Numbered from the stretch's first letter, positions 1-13,000 are shown. The stretch: 64,000 bases of DNA from Marsupella aquatica (GCA_973895155.1 OZ316892.1:6376847-6440846); one strand, 5' to 3'. The notes: a model not told the origin generated them from the letters alone. A program made the numbers and translations.

Positions 1-245
1 AAGTACTACCTTTTGATGTGTTATTATAGGGACACCAAATGGGGACTAGATGAAACTTTTGATTAATGAAGTTGCACGAAAGATCTAGGATGGTTGGAAA
101 GTAGAGCGATCCCCTTTCCATCCCTAGGGAATGAATCAATCACATATTGAGGGGACCCATGGATTTGATTGTTTTTTTCATTCTAGGGTTTATGATTGCA
201 CCTATGGTAGTACAAAAAGTTTTTATGATTAAATGTGCACGTGCA

Positions 246-623
246 CACCAAGTCATTAAAACAATAGATATGGTCACGAATCTTTGCGTTTCTATCTTTC
301 ATCTTGAAACTCATTTGCTTCAAACATGTGTATAGCCAATTCTACAACTTTATTTTATAGTACTTTTGTTTCAATGCTGCAAGTACCAATGCACAATCGG
401 CATGGTCCTCCAATTGCTTAATGGCATTTGGCTGTAGAAGAGCATCACGGTGCTCACAGCCTGCTCATGCATGTTTTGCCATTATCACTTTCCACATCAT
501 TTGGCTTGTCCTTCAACAACTTCCCAAACCAGGTAGCATGAAGTACCCCGTTCACTTGTCACTCCCACAATAAGTAGTCTATGCAACCATCATACTTTTC
601 ACCCAAAGCTTGATTGTACTCAT
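246..623 (-). pseudogene. Decayed Ty1/copia gag fragment (UBN2/Retrotran_gag_2-like)
   Basis: Manual minus-strand translation across frameshifts and stops gives MSTIKL..EKY(D)G.IDYLLWE*QVNGVL..WQNMHEQAVSTVMLF..IKQLEDHADC..ALKQKYY..MSFKMKD..KIRDHI..FNDLV. This is colinear with the intact gag at 62266-63192 (EKYDGRTDYLLWEKQVK..AVNTVMLYL..LMSLRLKEGGKLRDHLDEFDSL). Confidence 0.7.
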
Positions 624-3600
624 CCTCCTCCAGTACAATTTGCTCTCATTGCAAGACTACTTCTTCTACCAGTGACCGTACCGACAAAAACTCTTCCTCT
701 TCCTCCATGAAAACCCTCCTCCAAAGCACTCATGTGAATAATCAAGAAAAAATGATATTTTGCTCAATTACTAAAAAAACTCAAAAATAATCATCACAAA
801 CTTAGCTATGCAAGACTAAAAATCAAAACCAAAATCCAACAAAAAACTTATTCACTTTTGGTGGGGTGGGTTGAACCTTGGAAAATCCACATTCTCTTCC
901 ATTTTGAACACCTTAGGAAATAACTAAACTACAAAGTTGGTACTAACATTTGAAATTCTAGTGATGCACTGATATTGATCAGTGATGTTTACACACTAAT
1001 AGAAAACCCTAACATTGATCTATCCGTTGAGCCCATAACATCCAAGTTTCATGCATCAGAACTCCAAAAAACTACTAACATTGAATGTTGAAAAATCATT
1101 ATAAACCTCCTAGATATGCTATGATATCAATTATTGAACAAAGATGACATTCACAATGACAAGCCCATAACTAAACAACAAACAAGTAGTCAACACCAAA
1201 TTATCAATTTGATTTCATTAGTCAATCTAATAAATTTAACCACTTGTTAGTGATGGGATGTTATGAGGTTGTGACTGCTAATGATGAATGCAATTGTTAA
1301 TGATCGGAGTAAAGATCAGTGCAAACAATCTCAAATGACTTGCAATCTTGTAATAACGCTATTGTTAGTGATCGGATGTAATGAGGATCTAACTGCCAAT
1401 GATGAACATAGTAAGTACGAGATTATATTCGGCGAGTAAAAGATGGCCTTCATGTATCGTCAGGCGTTTCTTTGAGAACGAGGTCTTTGAACGGTTGACG
1501 TGGATGTTTGCAAAGATGATGTGCTCAGAGTTTTGTTAGGAAGCAAGAATCCCTGAACATTTTGATGATGATGATGAAAAACTATCACGAAGGAATGGGG
1601 CAGTACTTTCAATATGACAATATATGCTAAGAGTTGCATCACTAGCAGCAGTTGTTGTTCATGCACAGCCACCCCCATCCTGGGATTTGAAGTACACGTG
1701 GAGAGGGAGCAAAAGATGATCCCACAGCTTGACTGCTTACAAAGAGGTTCTGCGGCAAGGGCACTGCCCAGACAGTGGAAACAATTTCAGCTCTGGCAAT
1801 TTGCTGTTGGTCCAAACCCATTACAACGTGATAGACAACCGTACTCGTAGACACTGAGCTCATAGTGACAATTAGGTGGACAGATGCAAGGCAAAAAATA
1901 GAAAGGACAAGCAAGACACAAAATGGAGAAGAAGTTTGAAGGAATCAGAACGGGACAGTGAACGGAAGGAAAAGCCCATTAACCTATCACGTGAGGAAAT
2001 GCGAGAAATACAGCATTCTGATCGCACCCCTTCGTTATCATCGTCAATGAGTAAGATCTAGAGATGCGGGTGGAGAAAGGTAATCTGCAACAGAGAAGCA
2101 GACTTGAACTGATGCTGAATCTAAACGCACTGTGGCGGTAGTGCACTACGTAGACTACATCCATCACCACTATCATTACTCGATCCATGTACATATCCAC
2201 TGATCCAACGGTAGTAGACTAATTCATCATCTCATGAATCTCTTGTGAGCCACTAAGGAAACACGCCAAGGTGTCAAAATGGATGTTCACCCACTAGAAA
2301 AGAAAATATGTACAGATTGCCAGCACATCAAACTGCCAACTGCACACCGTTCATGTACAAACAAAATCAAATGCATAGGACGAGAGGCATTACAGCTGAG
2401 AAAATGTACAAACTTTGGGGACGTTTTCGGATGTAATCGTAGCTACCTTCTACTCAACAGGCAATCTTTTCGGGCAGGTCATGCTTAGCACAATCAAATC
2501 TGGGACGCACAGGTGAACAGCGGACTGGAGTGAATGTGCTTGATTAGGTTGCTACTCGATAATAAGAATTGTTTCCACTGATTTCCAATACCTGAGAATT
2601 TAGACTTACCACCATTCATGACAAATAATTTCTCTTACATTCCCCGCCCAAGGCACCAGATTTCAATCTTGCGAATTAGTAACATAAGAGTCCATCTGGG
2701 CAAAACTGCAGCTCATATGACTGCAAAAGCACACTGAAATCTAGCACCACAGCTCTTATACACGTTCCAAAACGGCACTGGTATGGTTGAAGATTGAATT
2801 TAATCTGCCATGTTCAAAACCTATATTGAGCTAAGGTGGATGGATGAAGTGTGCGGGATTCAACTCACGTCAAATTGGTGAGACAGAATCAAACATCCTT
2901 TCATATTGAGATTCATTTCATTGCCTCAAACACATGTTTCTACAATAATCTCCATCCAGCTGCTGGTAATCCTTTCAAGTGGCAACTTGAAGAGCTCTCC
3001 GAAAATGCGAGAGTTCGCATACCACACACCATCTTAGCTGCTCTTTGGTTTCCGGTTGAATACGCCTTGTTAGGTCGCAGTAAAATCAATTGCCCGAAAA
3101 TACTCTCCTTGGTCATAACAGAGTATGTTGTGCTGATCTGCAACTGTCACACCATGTCATGTGTCAAATGACCGACACAACATTGACTCCAACACGTGTA
3201 CTTACAATTATTAAATCGAGATAGCGTAGTAAGCATGCCACTAAAATTTAGTGGTCACAACCTGCAAACTAAAAATGGAAGTGAAAATCCCAATGAATAC
3301 TGGAAAAGGACTGCATCCAATCTCAAGTTCATGCCCAAGAAGTTTATGAAGCGACCACAGAAGCTTCCCAAGTTGTCTACAGGTGACAATTCTGACAAGA
3401 AAACAACGATGACATGATTTGCCAATCGATTCTTCGTATGCTCTACTTGTAAGGATATTTTCCAAAAATGAAATCAGACTAACATGCAACTATCTCTAAC
3501 TCCGCAAATAGGACCTACTCTCGTCCCCGACCGGTTTAGAGAAACAAACTAACAGCTCTGGACAGCACGGAGGACAAAGAGATTTCATCGCTATAAATCG

Positions 3601-4885
3601 ACCATGCTGTCAGGACAAGGGGAGATGGTGCAAGGGATACACATATATCTGCTGCACATAATGCACGAGTTTCAGAACACCTGTAACATAGGTTCCACTG
3701 ACAAGGTTTTTTTTATGGAGAGTAGACACAAGGAACACCAAGCACTTGGACATTTGCACAAAACAATGAAGTCAAATTTGTCCTAGTGGCCTACCAGTTT
3801 GACACTGATCTTCGATTACAAAACAATTCTCATCGTCACCTTCCTAACCACGTCACATAATTTTATTTACTTGCACACGGTGTTTCTCATTGTGGTGATG
3901 GATATTCCAATGCAAAGTACGAATTTCCATTGCAAGACCTCAGCAAAATTTCATATTTTTCAAGGCTGGAGCATGACATGTAGTAGAAAGATCACAGTGG
4001 ATATCAGTACAGATGTATCTAAAGACACTGCCATCAATATCAAGCATCGAAGGTCTTGCGAATTTACTTTGGCAATAAAACTGTTCCCATAATACGAACA
4101 GCAAAAGCGAACCCCACGTGAGACTCCATGTCTTTCAAAGATGGCACACCTACATCAAGACAGAAGGGTATTTAGTTATCACAATCCTCAGGCAAAGTTG
4201 TCTCCAACCGTTCCTCCCAACTTCAACATGTGTTTCTACTTCGTATCTTGCATATTCCCACTTGCATATTTTGCATATTTGCACGGAGCACGAGAGATTT
4301 ATTTACACTAAGGGCCCACAGTTAATTATGACGCAGCAAGAGGCGTGACTTCGTGTCATCGTCCACCGTTAGAGCTGAAGGCAATGATCGACATCCACAT
4401 CACAGCAGAAAGAAAGCTGTGTAACGAAGACACGCAAAAGGAGGGCCGTTACGCAGAGTAGCTACCATTGGGGAGTTGTCGATAATCCATCACCAGGACA
4501 TCTTCAATGCAAGGTCAAGCTGTCCAGCAAGCTCTCCAAGGTACTACTGTTCAGCTCCTTGACGCGCAATCTCCAAGCATGGACCCTTCATTTCTCAGAT
4601 CCCTTCTGATCAGATGCGTCATTGAAGGCTTCGTGCAGCTGCCTGAGAAGAAAGTAAAACTTGCTTACCAATCTCTTCAAGTAGTCAACTTCCTGTACCC
4701 ACCACATAGAGAATGTCCAATATTAATAAGTAATGCCTTTGCCGGAGCCGGTCACATGCGATGATTGAGCATACTTACATCGATAAGAAGCTAAACCCTA
4801 TCCATCATGCCCTGCACAAAAGCCAATCTCTACTTTGCTGAAATAGATATGAGACTTCGACTGCAATTCTTCCAATTGACAAAAC

Positions 4886-7800
4886 TCACCTATCGTGATA
4901 TTCGATAGTAGTTTCACTTGGTGCTTGCAAGTTGCCCATGCCAACAATGCCGTAACCTCCAGTCAGCTTTAACAAAGCTCGCTTGATTTCAGTGGCACGA
5001 GTGATCCGCGCGGTTTTTTCCTCTTCATTGTTCCTAACGAGCTCAGTATCATCAAGTGAAGTCAGGAGAACAGATATAGCTGAGCTACTCATCCTTCGTG
5101 CCCCATTGTTAGTAATGTCCTCCCCATCTTCCCCTCCCTTCTTCTGCCTTTCCTTTGGGCTTCCTGAGTTCAGGGTTTGGAGACAAGAAAGCAACTGTGA
5201 GTGGTGGGTAGATACCCAGCTTGCAAGCACTACTGCAGCTAATCTTCCAAATGCAGGCGGGAGTAAAAGCACTGCATTTACAAGCTGGGACGTAGGCATC
5301 TGATGTCTCAGAAGCAGAAGTAGGCCTGACAGAGCCTCTGAATTGACTTGCGGACTCAATACAGTGGAACAAATCTTTAGCACCTGCATCACAACTGCAG
5401 GGGGTGCAGCTTGCAGCTCAGCCACCAACAATCTCCAAAATATCTGCTGCTCCATGAACTCCCACTTTAGAGAATTCTTTATCAGCCTTGGCAGCCCCTC
5501 TAAATGATTTCCTAAAATGGCGAATTCGCCGAGTAGTAGTCTAAACTCAAAATTGCACAGCTCCTGTGGGTCTAAGCTCGAAACAAGTAACAGAAGAATG
5601 TCCTCCCTGCCGGTAGACAGGCTGGGAAGGTAACGGTAAACGGAAGGAAGTACCCTTAGGAACCTGTTTGTGTTCCAAAGGAGGCAGGTCTCTAAGTCAG
5701 AAACCAACTCTGCTTCTACGGCGTCTCCATCCAGGTCGGCCCCTTCAGTTTTAGCTGACGTCTCTGTTGTGTTAATATTCCCTTGCGATGCGCTATTGCC
5801 ATCAAGCTGTTGGGACATAACAGGTAACCTTTTTACAAGCTTCAAAAGCTCCTCGTAGCTCTTGAAAGCGTCGGCTACAGCAGTCCGTAAACGTGTGTGC
5901 ATATCACCCACCACATTCAAGTCTCTAGACCTACTGGCTTTCCTGCTCAAAGGTGAGGGATTCGACGACCCATGCATTTTGAAAGCACCCACGCCAGTGA
6001 GCCCATTCTTTCTCTGCTCGCGAATGCTTTCCCCGGAGCTCTCTGCTAACTCAGCCATTTCGTCCCCATCACCATTCATCCGAGTAGAACATGAGTCCTC
6101 CTCGAGTTTTGTCAAAACGCTCACGAGTGCATCAGAATCCGGAGTCGCACTTGAAGCGAGCCCCCTCGACCGTAGAGATCTAGTTGCTGTCGGTTCAATC
6201 TCCTCTGTGAGCCTCGAGACATAACACAGCAGTCGAGCTCCGACCGCTAACCCTTCCTTGTGCCAGGAGAGCAGCAAGTGCAGCAGTATCGGATGGTTTC
6301 GGCAATTGGCAACATACAACCGGAGTACTGCACAAGTTAGTGACAGAGTCTCGTCTCCTTCGGGTCGGTCAGAGGGTTGCTTCTGGAGAGGGCCGAACAA
6401 TTCGTAGCCGCACTTCTTGAGCACCTCGGTGATTTGGGCTGCAATTTTGGAAACAGAGAGCGGAGCGGAGTCTGAATTGACGAGCATGCTTAATCCGGAC
6501 GGCAATACCAAGTCCCCAGACAGGTCCCCACCGCGGGTATCCTTACTAATCTTTTCCCCAAATATGTGCTCTGCAGCCAAAAGAAATGACCATAGCAATT
6601 TCTCCAGCGAAACAATACCAGCCTCTTGCGAACTAGCCAGCGCCTCAGCCAGCCGTTCAAAATTTAATTGGATATCCGATAAATGAGCCTCCGTGGCACC
6701 TAGACGCCTCCTCTTCCTGCTCATCGGTTCCAAATCACCAGATTTGGTATCCTCCATATCTGAGTTCTGATCTTGACCGGTAACGCCGTCGATCCCTGAA
6801 CCTTGCTCTCTCTGGCTCTGCCCTAGTTTTGCCATTGATCCCGATATTTGCTGATGCACATTGTCATAGGAATTTTCTTGATGAGACAGTTCAGGCTTCA
6901 CTTGTTTTAAACCGTCGACTGACTCGCTCTTGCAGTAAGCAGAGAAGTAGAAAAACAGTTTTTCTCGCAGCCAAGAAGCCACCAAGTTGCTAGCAGAGAG
7001 CGGTTCCAAAGAGCGGACCACACCTTTGCCCACTAAAATGTCAATAGAAGAGGTCACTCCCTTTTGAATCAAATCTTTCCTCACGGGATCGTAATGCTCT
7101 ATTAACAGGAAAAGGAACTCCAAGAGGGAGTGAGTCATGTCCACATACTTCGGGATCGAGTAAACCATCAGCAAAATGGCCGGTTCAATGTTCATTATGT
7201 TGTCCGACCTCATGAAAAACAGCCAGTCGTAGAAGAGAGCCAGTTTGGCATTGGCCTCCACGTGGTTGCTCTTGCAGCATTTCAGCAGCCATCCCACAAT
7301 TGCCCATCGAGGCACTATGTTCGACTGGAGAATCTGATTGGTTGGATGGTGCACACAACATATGAAGCGAATGAGATCGCAGACAAGAGTCTCACTCTCC
7401 GGGGACGACAAAAACCTCTGAGCAAACCACGTCTGATATCTCCTTTGGCTTCCCATGTTCACGTGAGTCAGCATGAATCTTATCTGGCTCTCCATATCAG
7501 GGGTAATTCTTGAAGCCAAATACCTGCTTGGGGTTCGCAGCACGTACAGATTGGCAATATCAGCAAAAGCTGGAGCCTTGAAGCACGTGGGATTGTTCAA
7601 GAGATCTCTCCAGATTGCCTCAAATTCAGGAATGAAAGTCACATCTTGAAGAAGCCTTACCAAATCTCGTCCAATGTCCAGACAATCCTGGAACCTTTCC
7701 CTTAAAATCTGAACACAGAAGGCCGTCTCTTTCTCCTTCAGCTCAGTAAGAATAGCAGTCTTGCCCATAGCGTGATCTGGAAGTAGCCTTAAATATGTGT

Positions 7801-8326
7801 ACAAAGCTGTGGTCAACACCAGAGGACTCCCACTGACCCACACCCAACTGCTCTTCATCACTTCAAGAAGCTGAGCGGCGAGCCAAACGTTCCCTGGGCT
7901 CAAATCCCCCCCGGCTACCTGCCTCAACAGTGATAGACAGAGCGTATCCACATCCGAGGCCGTGAGGCTTATAAGCTGCTTCAAGAGCCATAGAATCTGC
8001 AAACGAGTCTGCTCCATCAGCTTGGGATACGAATCATTGACAAGCCGGAGGAGAATGCTCACAAAGGAAGCGTATCCATCAGTGGTCACAGCTGTAAGGT
8101 GGGTCACGTGAGAAGGAGCAGCAGATGGGCTTAACAGGATGCCACAAAGGAGAGCCTGAGTGAGGTGGGCATGCTGGGCACCTGCAAGGGTGGAGTGGTG
8201 GTAGGGAGGAGTGAGCTGAGAGTGAAGACTGATGTACGAACGCAGAAGAGTGTCTTCGAGTTCATTGGTCGACTCGAAAGGCCCCCTGTGCATGAATTGA
8301 AGAGAGGCCATATTCAAGGTTGCCAT
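4886..8326 (-). CDS. INTS3: Integrator complex subunit 3 (SOSS-A homolog), ~1146 aa, essentially one large exon
   Basis: Long ORF with hallmark INTS3 motifs: IGRDLVRLLQ, QRRYQTWF, DLIRFICCVHHPTNQILQSNIVPRWAIVGWLL, ANAKLALFYDWLFF, NIMNIEPAILLM. The TGA overlaps a canonical donor (AG|GTGAGT at 4889), so the true end may be spliced to an acceptor at 4812, giving ...HDRA* with the stop at 4805-4807. Confidence 0.93.
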   Translation of the reverse strand: MATLNMASLQFMHRGPFESTNELEDTLLRSYISLHSQLTPPYHHSTLAGAQHAHLTQALLCGILLSPSAAPSHVTHLTAVTTDGYASFVSILLRLVNDSYPKLMEQTRLQILWLLKQLISLTASDVDTLCLSLLRQVAGGDLSPGNVWLAAQLLEVMKSSWVWVSGSPLVLTTALYTYLRLLPDHAMGKTAILTELKEKETAFCVQILRERFQDCLDIGRDLVRLLQDVTFIPEFEAIWRDLLNNPTCFKAPAFADIANLYVLRTPSRYLASRITPDMESQIRFMLTHVNMGSQRRYQTWFAQRFLSSPESETLVCDLIRFICCVHHPTNQILQSNIVPRWAIVGWLLKCCKSNHVEANAKLALFYDWLFFMRSDNIMNIEPAILLMVYSIPKYVDMTHSLLEFLFLLIEHYDPVRKDLIQKGVTSSIDILVGKGVVRSLEPLSASNLVASWLREKLFFYFSAYCKSESVDGLKQVKPELSHQENSYDNVHQQISGSMAKLGQSQREQGSGIDGVTGQDQNSDMEDTKSGDLEPMSRKRRRLGATEAHLSDIQLNFERLAEALASSQEAGIVSLEKLLWSFLLAAEHIFGEKISKDTRGGDLSGDLVLPSGLSMLVNSDSAPLSVSKIAAQITEVLKKCGYELFGPLQKQPSDRPEGDETLSLTCAVLRLYVANCRNHPILLHLLLSWHKEGLAVGARLLCYVSRLTEEIEPTATRSLRSRGLASSATPDSDALVSVLTKLEEDSCSTRMNGDGDEMAELAESSGESIREQRKNGLTGVGAFKMHGSSNPSPLSRKASRSRDLNVVGDMHTRLRTAVADAFKSYEELLKLVKRLPVMSQQLDGNSASQGNINTTETSAKTEGADLDGDAVEAELVSDLETCLLWNTNRFLRVLPSVYRYLPSLSTGREDILLLLVSSLDPQELCNFEFRLLLGEFAILGNHLEGLPRLIKNSLKWEFMEQQIFWRLLVAELQAAPPAVVMQVLKICSTVLSPQVNSEALSGLLLLLRHQMPTSQLVNAVLLLPPAFGRLAAVVLASWVSTHHSQLLSCLQTLNSGSPKERQKKGGEDGEDITNNGARRMSSSAISVLLTSLDDTELVRNNEEEKTARITRATEIKRALLKLTGGYGIVGMGNLQAPSETTIEYHDR

Positions 8327-8335
8327 GGCCCCTCT

Positions 8336-9250
8336 ATCACATCTGGAAGTGACAGCTTACAAACCTAATGCGTCAACCATACCCGCTGATAACTGTGTCA
8401 ACCATACTGCCTCGGAAGACCTGGGATTGAAGCTCCCCTCGAGCATCCTCCCGAGCATCCTCCTCTCTTCCGCTTTTCCATCCCTTAAGCAAGAATCGTC
8501 TCTAAAAACAGGGCAAACCCCATGATCATTGGATTATGTTACAACACGACACATGCCTTCAAACCGCCCTGAATCAGCCGGGGCTTCACCGCGACCGTCA
8601 GCTCGCGTCCGCGAGAGGAGCAGAACGCGAAGATGAATAATCAATCTCCTCGCACACACTACAGAACACGGAAACCTAATCGACAAAGACGAAAAAAGTT
8701 ACACCAATTCAAGCACCGGCTCCACAAGACCTGACATACCGTTACCCTAAGTAACTCAACAGCGTCCACCGGGGCTCCTCCTCCCCCCGTACACATCAAT
8801 CAACTAGACGGATAGACCGACTCGCTTCTAATCCCGCAACATTACCCACCATCGCCCGTAGCAGCCACCCAATAATGCAGCAAAACTCCACCAGCAACGA
8901 CACGAACACGACCACGGACACATCCACGCAGAACAGTCACGGAAGGAGACACCACTCTGAAGAAGAATCCCACGCAGAATCGACAATTCATTCAAGCTAT
9001 CTATCGCTGCGCACCATCGTCGCCCATCTCCAGATGAACACCGTCTCCCATTGAGCTCCGCACACGTTAACTCCGCAGCATCGGTCTTTCAATCCACCAT
9101 CGCATCTGGAAGTGACAGCTTACAAACCTAATCCGTCAACCATAGCCGCTGATAACTGTGTCAACCATACTGCCTCGGAAGACCTGGGATTACAGGTAAT
9201 GGAGCTCCCATCGAGCATCCTCCTCTTTTCCGCTTCCTTTCCACCCCTAA
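8336..9250. repeat. ~150-bp direct repeat (8336-8488 and 9099-9250) in the INTS3 5' leader
   Basis: Both copies contain CATCTGGAAGTGACAGCTTACAAACCTAAT and CCGCTGATAACTGTGTCAACCATACTGCCTCGGAAGACCTGGGATT with few differences. Confidence 0.95.
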
Positions 9251-10040
9251 AAAGCTTATTCCGCTCCATTGAAGTTCTCCTCCTCCTCCTCTTTCTCCTC
9301 TCCTCGACCTCCTTTGTCAAAACCTATTGTGCATCAATATCTATCTCCTTCTCTCCCTCTCTCCCTCCAAAAGCGCTTCCCTCCTTCCGATGACACAGCG
9401 AGAGCGAGAGCGAGAGAAATGCCACCGTCAAGACCTTCCAGCCCTTCTATTTTTATCCCTCCCACCCGCAAGACCTCGCCCCTTTCCTGTTTTAGGCTTC
9501 CCGCCTTCAAATCAGAGGGCACTCTCTCTACTCGTCGACTTCTCATTCGCGGCCATGCCCCGCCTGTAGCCCTCAATTCCCTGTCATCCGACCCACCCCT
9601 CCCCCGCCCCCTTGCGATATACCACTCCTACGCTTTTTCAGACGGTGCGAGAGACAGAGAGAGGTCTTGTGCTGCGGCTCACGATTATGGAACGCAGAGT
9701 TCTTCGGGCCTGGGCATTTATACCCGTGGCCGGATTGCCCCAAGGCCGGGCCCACGAGGCGGGCTAGCGTCGGAGCCTGTGTCCCTCTTGCTTAGGGGGT
9801 TATTAGGCCCGCGTTGCATGCGCAGTACCTCTAACGTGTCCTTGTAAGAGATCCAGGACAGCCCTTAGTTGTCGGCCCTGAATATTCATTTGCTCAGTGG
9901 AAAAACCAATTGTTTATTAGGGTACGGGAAGAATATTCTCCGCAAAACATGTCATCTTGGCCGTCGACTCCTCTCAAGAGTTTTCGATCGAGGGCTGACC
10001 AGCGGCGTTTGGCCCTGCCCGGGAGGACACAAGGTGCGGA

Positions 10041-10064
10041 GGGCGGAGGGCGGAGGGCGGAGGG
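10041..10064 (+). promoter_or_regulatory. Canonical G-quadruplex motif (GGGCGGA)3GGG / GC-box array upstream of INTS3
   Basis: Four GGG tracts at 10041, 10048, 10055 and 10062 with identical CGGA loops. (ATTGG)x3, i.e. CCAAT on the minus strand, follows at 10181-10195. Confidence 0.55.
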
Positions 10065-13000
10065 CCGAATGCAATGCATAACTGTGTGCCGAAGGGATAG
10101 GTACGTTCCTTATCATCGTACTTTGCCTAATAAACCGGCGTATGAATTTGTAATCAAGGGCAAAGCGAGTTTAGGCCTTGATTGGATTGGATTGGATTTG
10201 ATTTGGAAGTATGAGTTCGAACAATGATGCAATAAACTTTTCTTTTTGTTCTTGAAAGGTTCAAAAGCTTTATCCCAAAGAAACATTTCTCTTTCTAACG
10301 AACTGATTTCATCTACCGTGGACCACACAAGTAACTATCAATATCAAAGATGGACGGTCCGATCAGTGCACCTAAAGGCACTCATTATGGAGATGATGTA
10401 ATCATGGATTAAGGCAAAGATTAGCTCATCTGCTCATGGGTGAAGCCTTACTTCTTCTGACTTACAGGTTTTCATGCTCCCTTCAATTTTGACAAATTAT
10501 AGGATAAGGGCTCTTCCCGTCCAATACTGGGGTATGAGGATTGAGGCGTGTATTTTCATCGTTCGATGGAGGGGATGGTTTCCATCAACGGCAAAGCAGT
10601 GGCCCATACCCGTGGGGCCTTGGCTCTGTGCTGTTCAATCCTCCCTGCTTCCTTTACGTTTCGAAAGTTTTCCTGTTCAATGATAGCATGCTTGAACACT
10701 AATGAAGGAGGGTGAGAAAAGGAACCTGCTTATGGATAACTAGGAAAAAGAACACCTGCACTAAGGGAGATACTAGATGGACCCCTAAATTGCTAAGTGT
10801 TACTTAATGCACTCTATGAGGCCCCATGAGATTTTGGGACCCTTATTTAAGGTCTATCAACTAAAGATATTCATTTTGTGAGTCCATCAAGAATATATTT
10901 CCACCTGCACTCGTGAAATGGAAGCACAGATGAACAACTTTATAACCTGTTCAAGTCCAGGAGGAAGCAAGAATAACCAGGCCCGTGACCAAAGGGAGTT
11001 TGGTCACATTAAGTTGAACTAAAAAGAGCAAATATTAAATATACTTAGCTTAAGATAAAGAAAGTGACAAAGAACAATAGACAAAAGACAAATCATATGT
11101 CCCCCTCATCTCTTTCCTCTGCCTACGTAAGACATCATGATCTTGCCTAAATACAAATACTGTATATAATACATTGAATTTTATTTGGTCTCTTTAGGAC
11201 AAGGGAAACTGTATAGAAGTCCGGTATGGCAATCCTAATGTATTTTTGACAAAAGTATCTTGTGGGCTTTCTTTTGGGCCCCCATCACATAGCTGAACAT
11301 AGTTAGAACCACCAAATTTCTCACATAGCTGAACATAGTAGTATCCACAATATTAGAAAATTAATTCCCAAGAGGAGATCGAATGCCAAAAATGCGCTTA
11401 CACAAAGCCAATCTCCTGGCCACTTTGGAAAACTACCAAAGATGCACTCACCTTGAGCTACTTTGGAAACCCACCATTCACACTTTACATTTTTATAAGT
11501 CTTTCAACCCTCTCTGATCAAAAACTTCCCAAATGCAGGCCACGTCAAGTGGCCTTGCTGGGCCACCATTTTGAATAACTTTACACAAATTCAAGGTGTT
11601 TTACACGAGCTTTCAACAATTTCAATCTGGGTTTGAAATGCATTCAGGCATTCAGATCACTTGGTTAAAGTTCCTAGACATCCACTGCAAAGGAATATTT
11701 AGTAATAGTGTTAGTACAAAATTACTGCTTTTGGTAAAAATGATTTTGAGTCCAAATAACACTAATTTTTGTTAATTTTCAAACAGGTTTTCAAAATAAA
11801 AAATTTCCATTTTAGTTTAAATTGCTTGTAAAAAATGGATAATCTTGAGTCCAAAATAACACTAAGTGTTGTGAAATTTACAAAATAGTTTTTAAGTAGT
11901 GTTAGTCACACACTAGTGTAGTGTGTAGTTTTAGTTGAAAACTCATACTTCTAGATCGCTTAATTAGTAGCACTTGCCAGTCCTAATTCACTAATTCCCT
12001 CACTCTAAGCCACTTTGCATATGAATGACTCTTCCTGTGTTCTTTGCCTTTCTCCTTTTCGTCTTTCTCGCGTCCGTGCTCTTGGCCATCCTCTGAATTG
12101 AAAAATTTTCTGATTCACCGTTCTTGCAATGTGTGAATATCCATCCGTCGGGCGGGCAGGTTCGTAGGTGGAAAGTTGTTGACATTACCTGTAAGGCCGG
12201 CCTACTGCGTTAGCTTTGTTTTGGGAAGTGGTTGACATCAGCTGCCGGCACTCTGGGTTGGATTGATCTTTCTGAGTTTTGCGCAATACTTATCGTCAAT
12301 TTCGCTAGTCAAAAGTGAGCACAATTGGTCGATAGGTTTTCCTTTCGCAAGTTCAGAGGGAGTGACCATCTGACCATCGGAACATTACAAGTTCGATCTG
12401 AGTGTCCAGCTGTGATTTGACGGTCACAACCTTTGATTGGGTTTTCGACTTGGGTAGACTCCCGAAGATGTGGAAGGGCTCAAAATACTCGATTGTGTTG
12501 TGCAGGATTCGCATCACTTCACATTTGCTATGTTTGAAGAGGCAGTTTCTGAAGTGCCACCGTAAGCGAAAGATACTACTTACGTTGTCTACTTTTAGAG
12601 GGTGGCTGTTCGCCAAAGCTTGCAAATGATAAATTTCGCGCAGGAGTCCATAGGAAACCATTTCTCAGTCTCGTCATTCAAGATATCCCGTCGTTCAAGA
12701 TATCTCACTTACTAAGATACTGTCTAGCACAAAGAGAATTGAATTCTCTTTGTACTCATACACCACTGTTGATCAAGCAAGCTAACAGCATCTCCTGAGA
12801 AACGAACGGAACTCTGGGATCCATCCGAGGCCGAGTCCGAGGCAGCACCTTAGGAAGGACGAAATAGAGCATAGCTCCAAGGGCAGATGTATGCCAGTTT
12901 CTCACGAAGACCCAGACTGAATTGGGCACAAGCTTTGCTAGTAGATGGCAATATCTTCCAACGACAGTAGTGAGTTTCTGACTCAGAACTGTAAAAGCAG

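Noticed and set aside
1245-1410. Repeated ATGATGA (box C-like) motifs suggesting a snoRNA cluster
   Set aside because: No properly placed box D or terminal stems and no recognisable rRNA antisense element; it looks like a degenerate direct repeat.
4983-8525. Multiple plus-strand ORFs over INTS3
   Set aside because: Antisense shadows of a long coding exon with no independent motifs.
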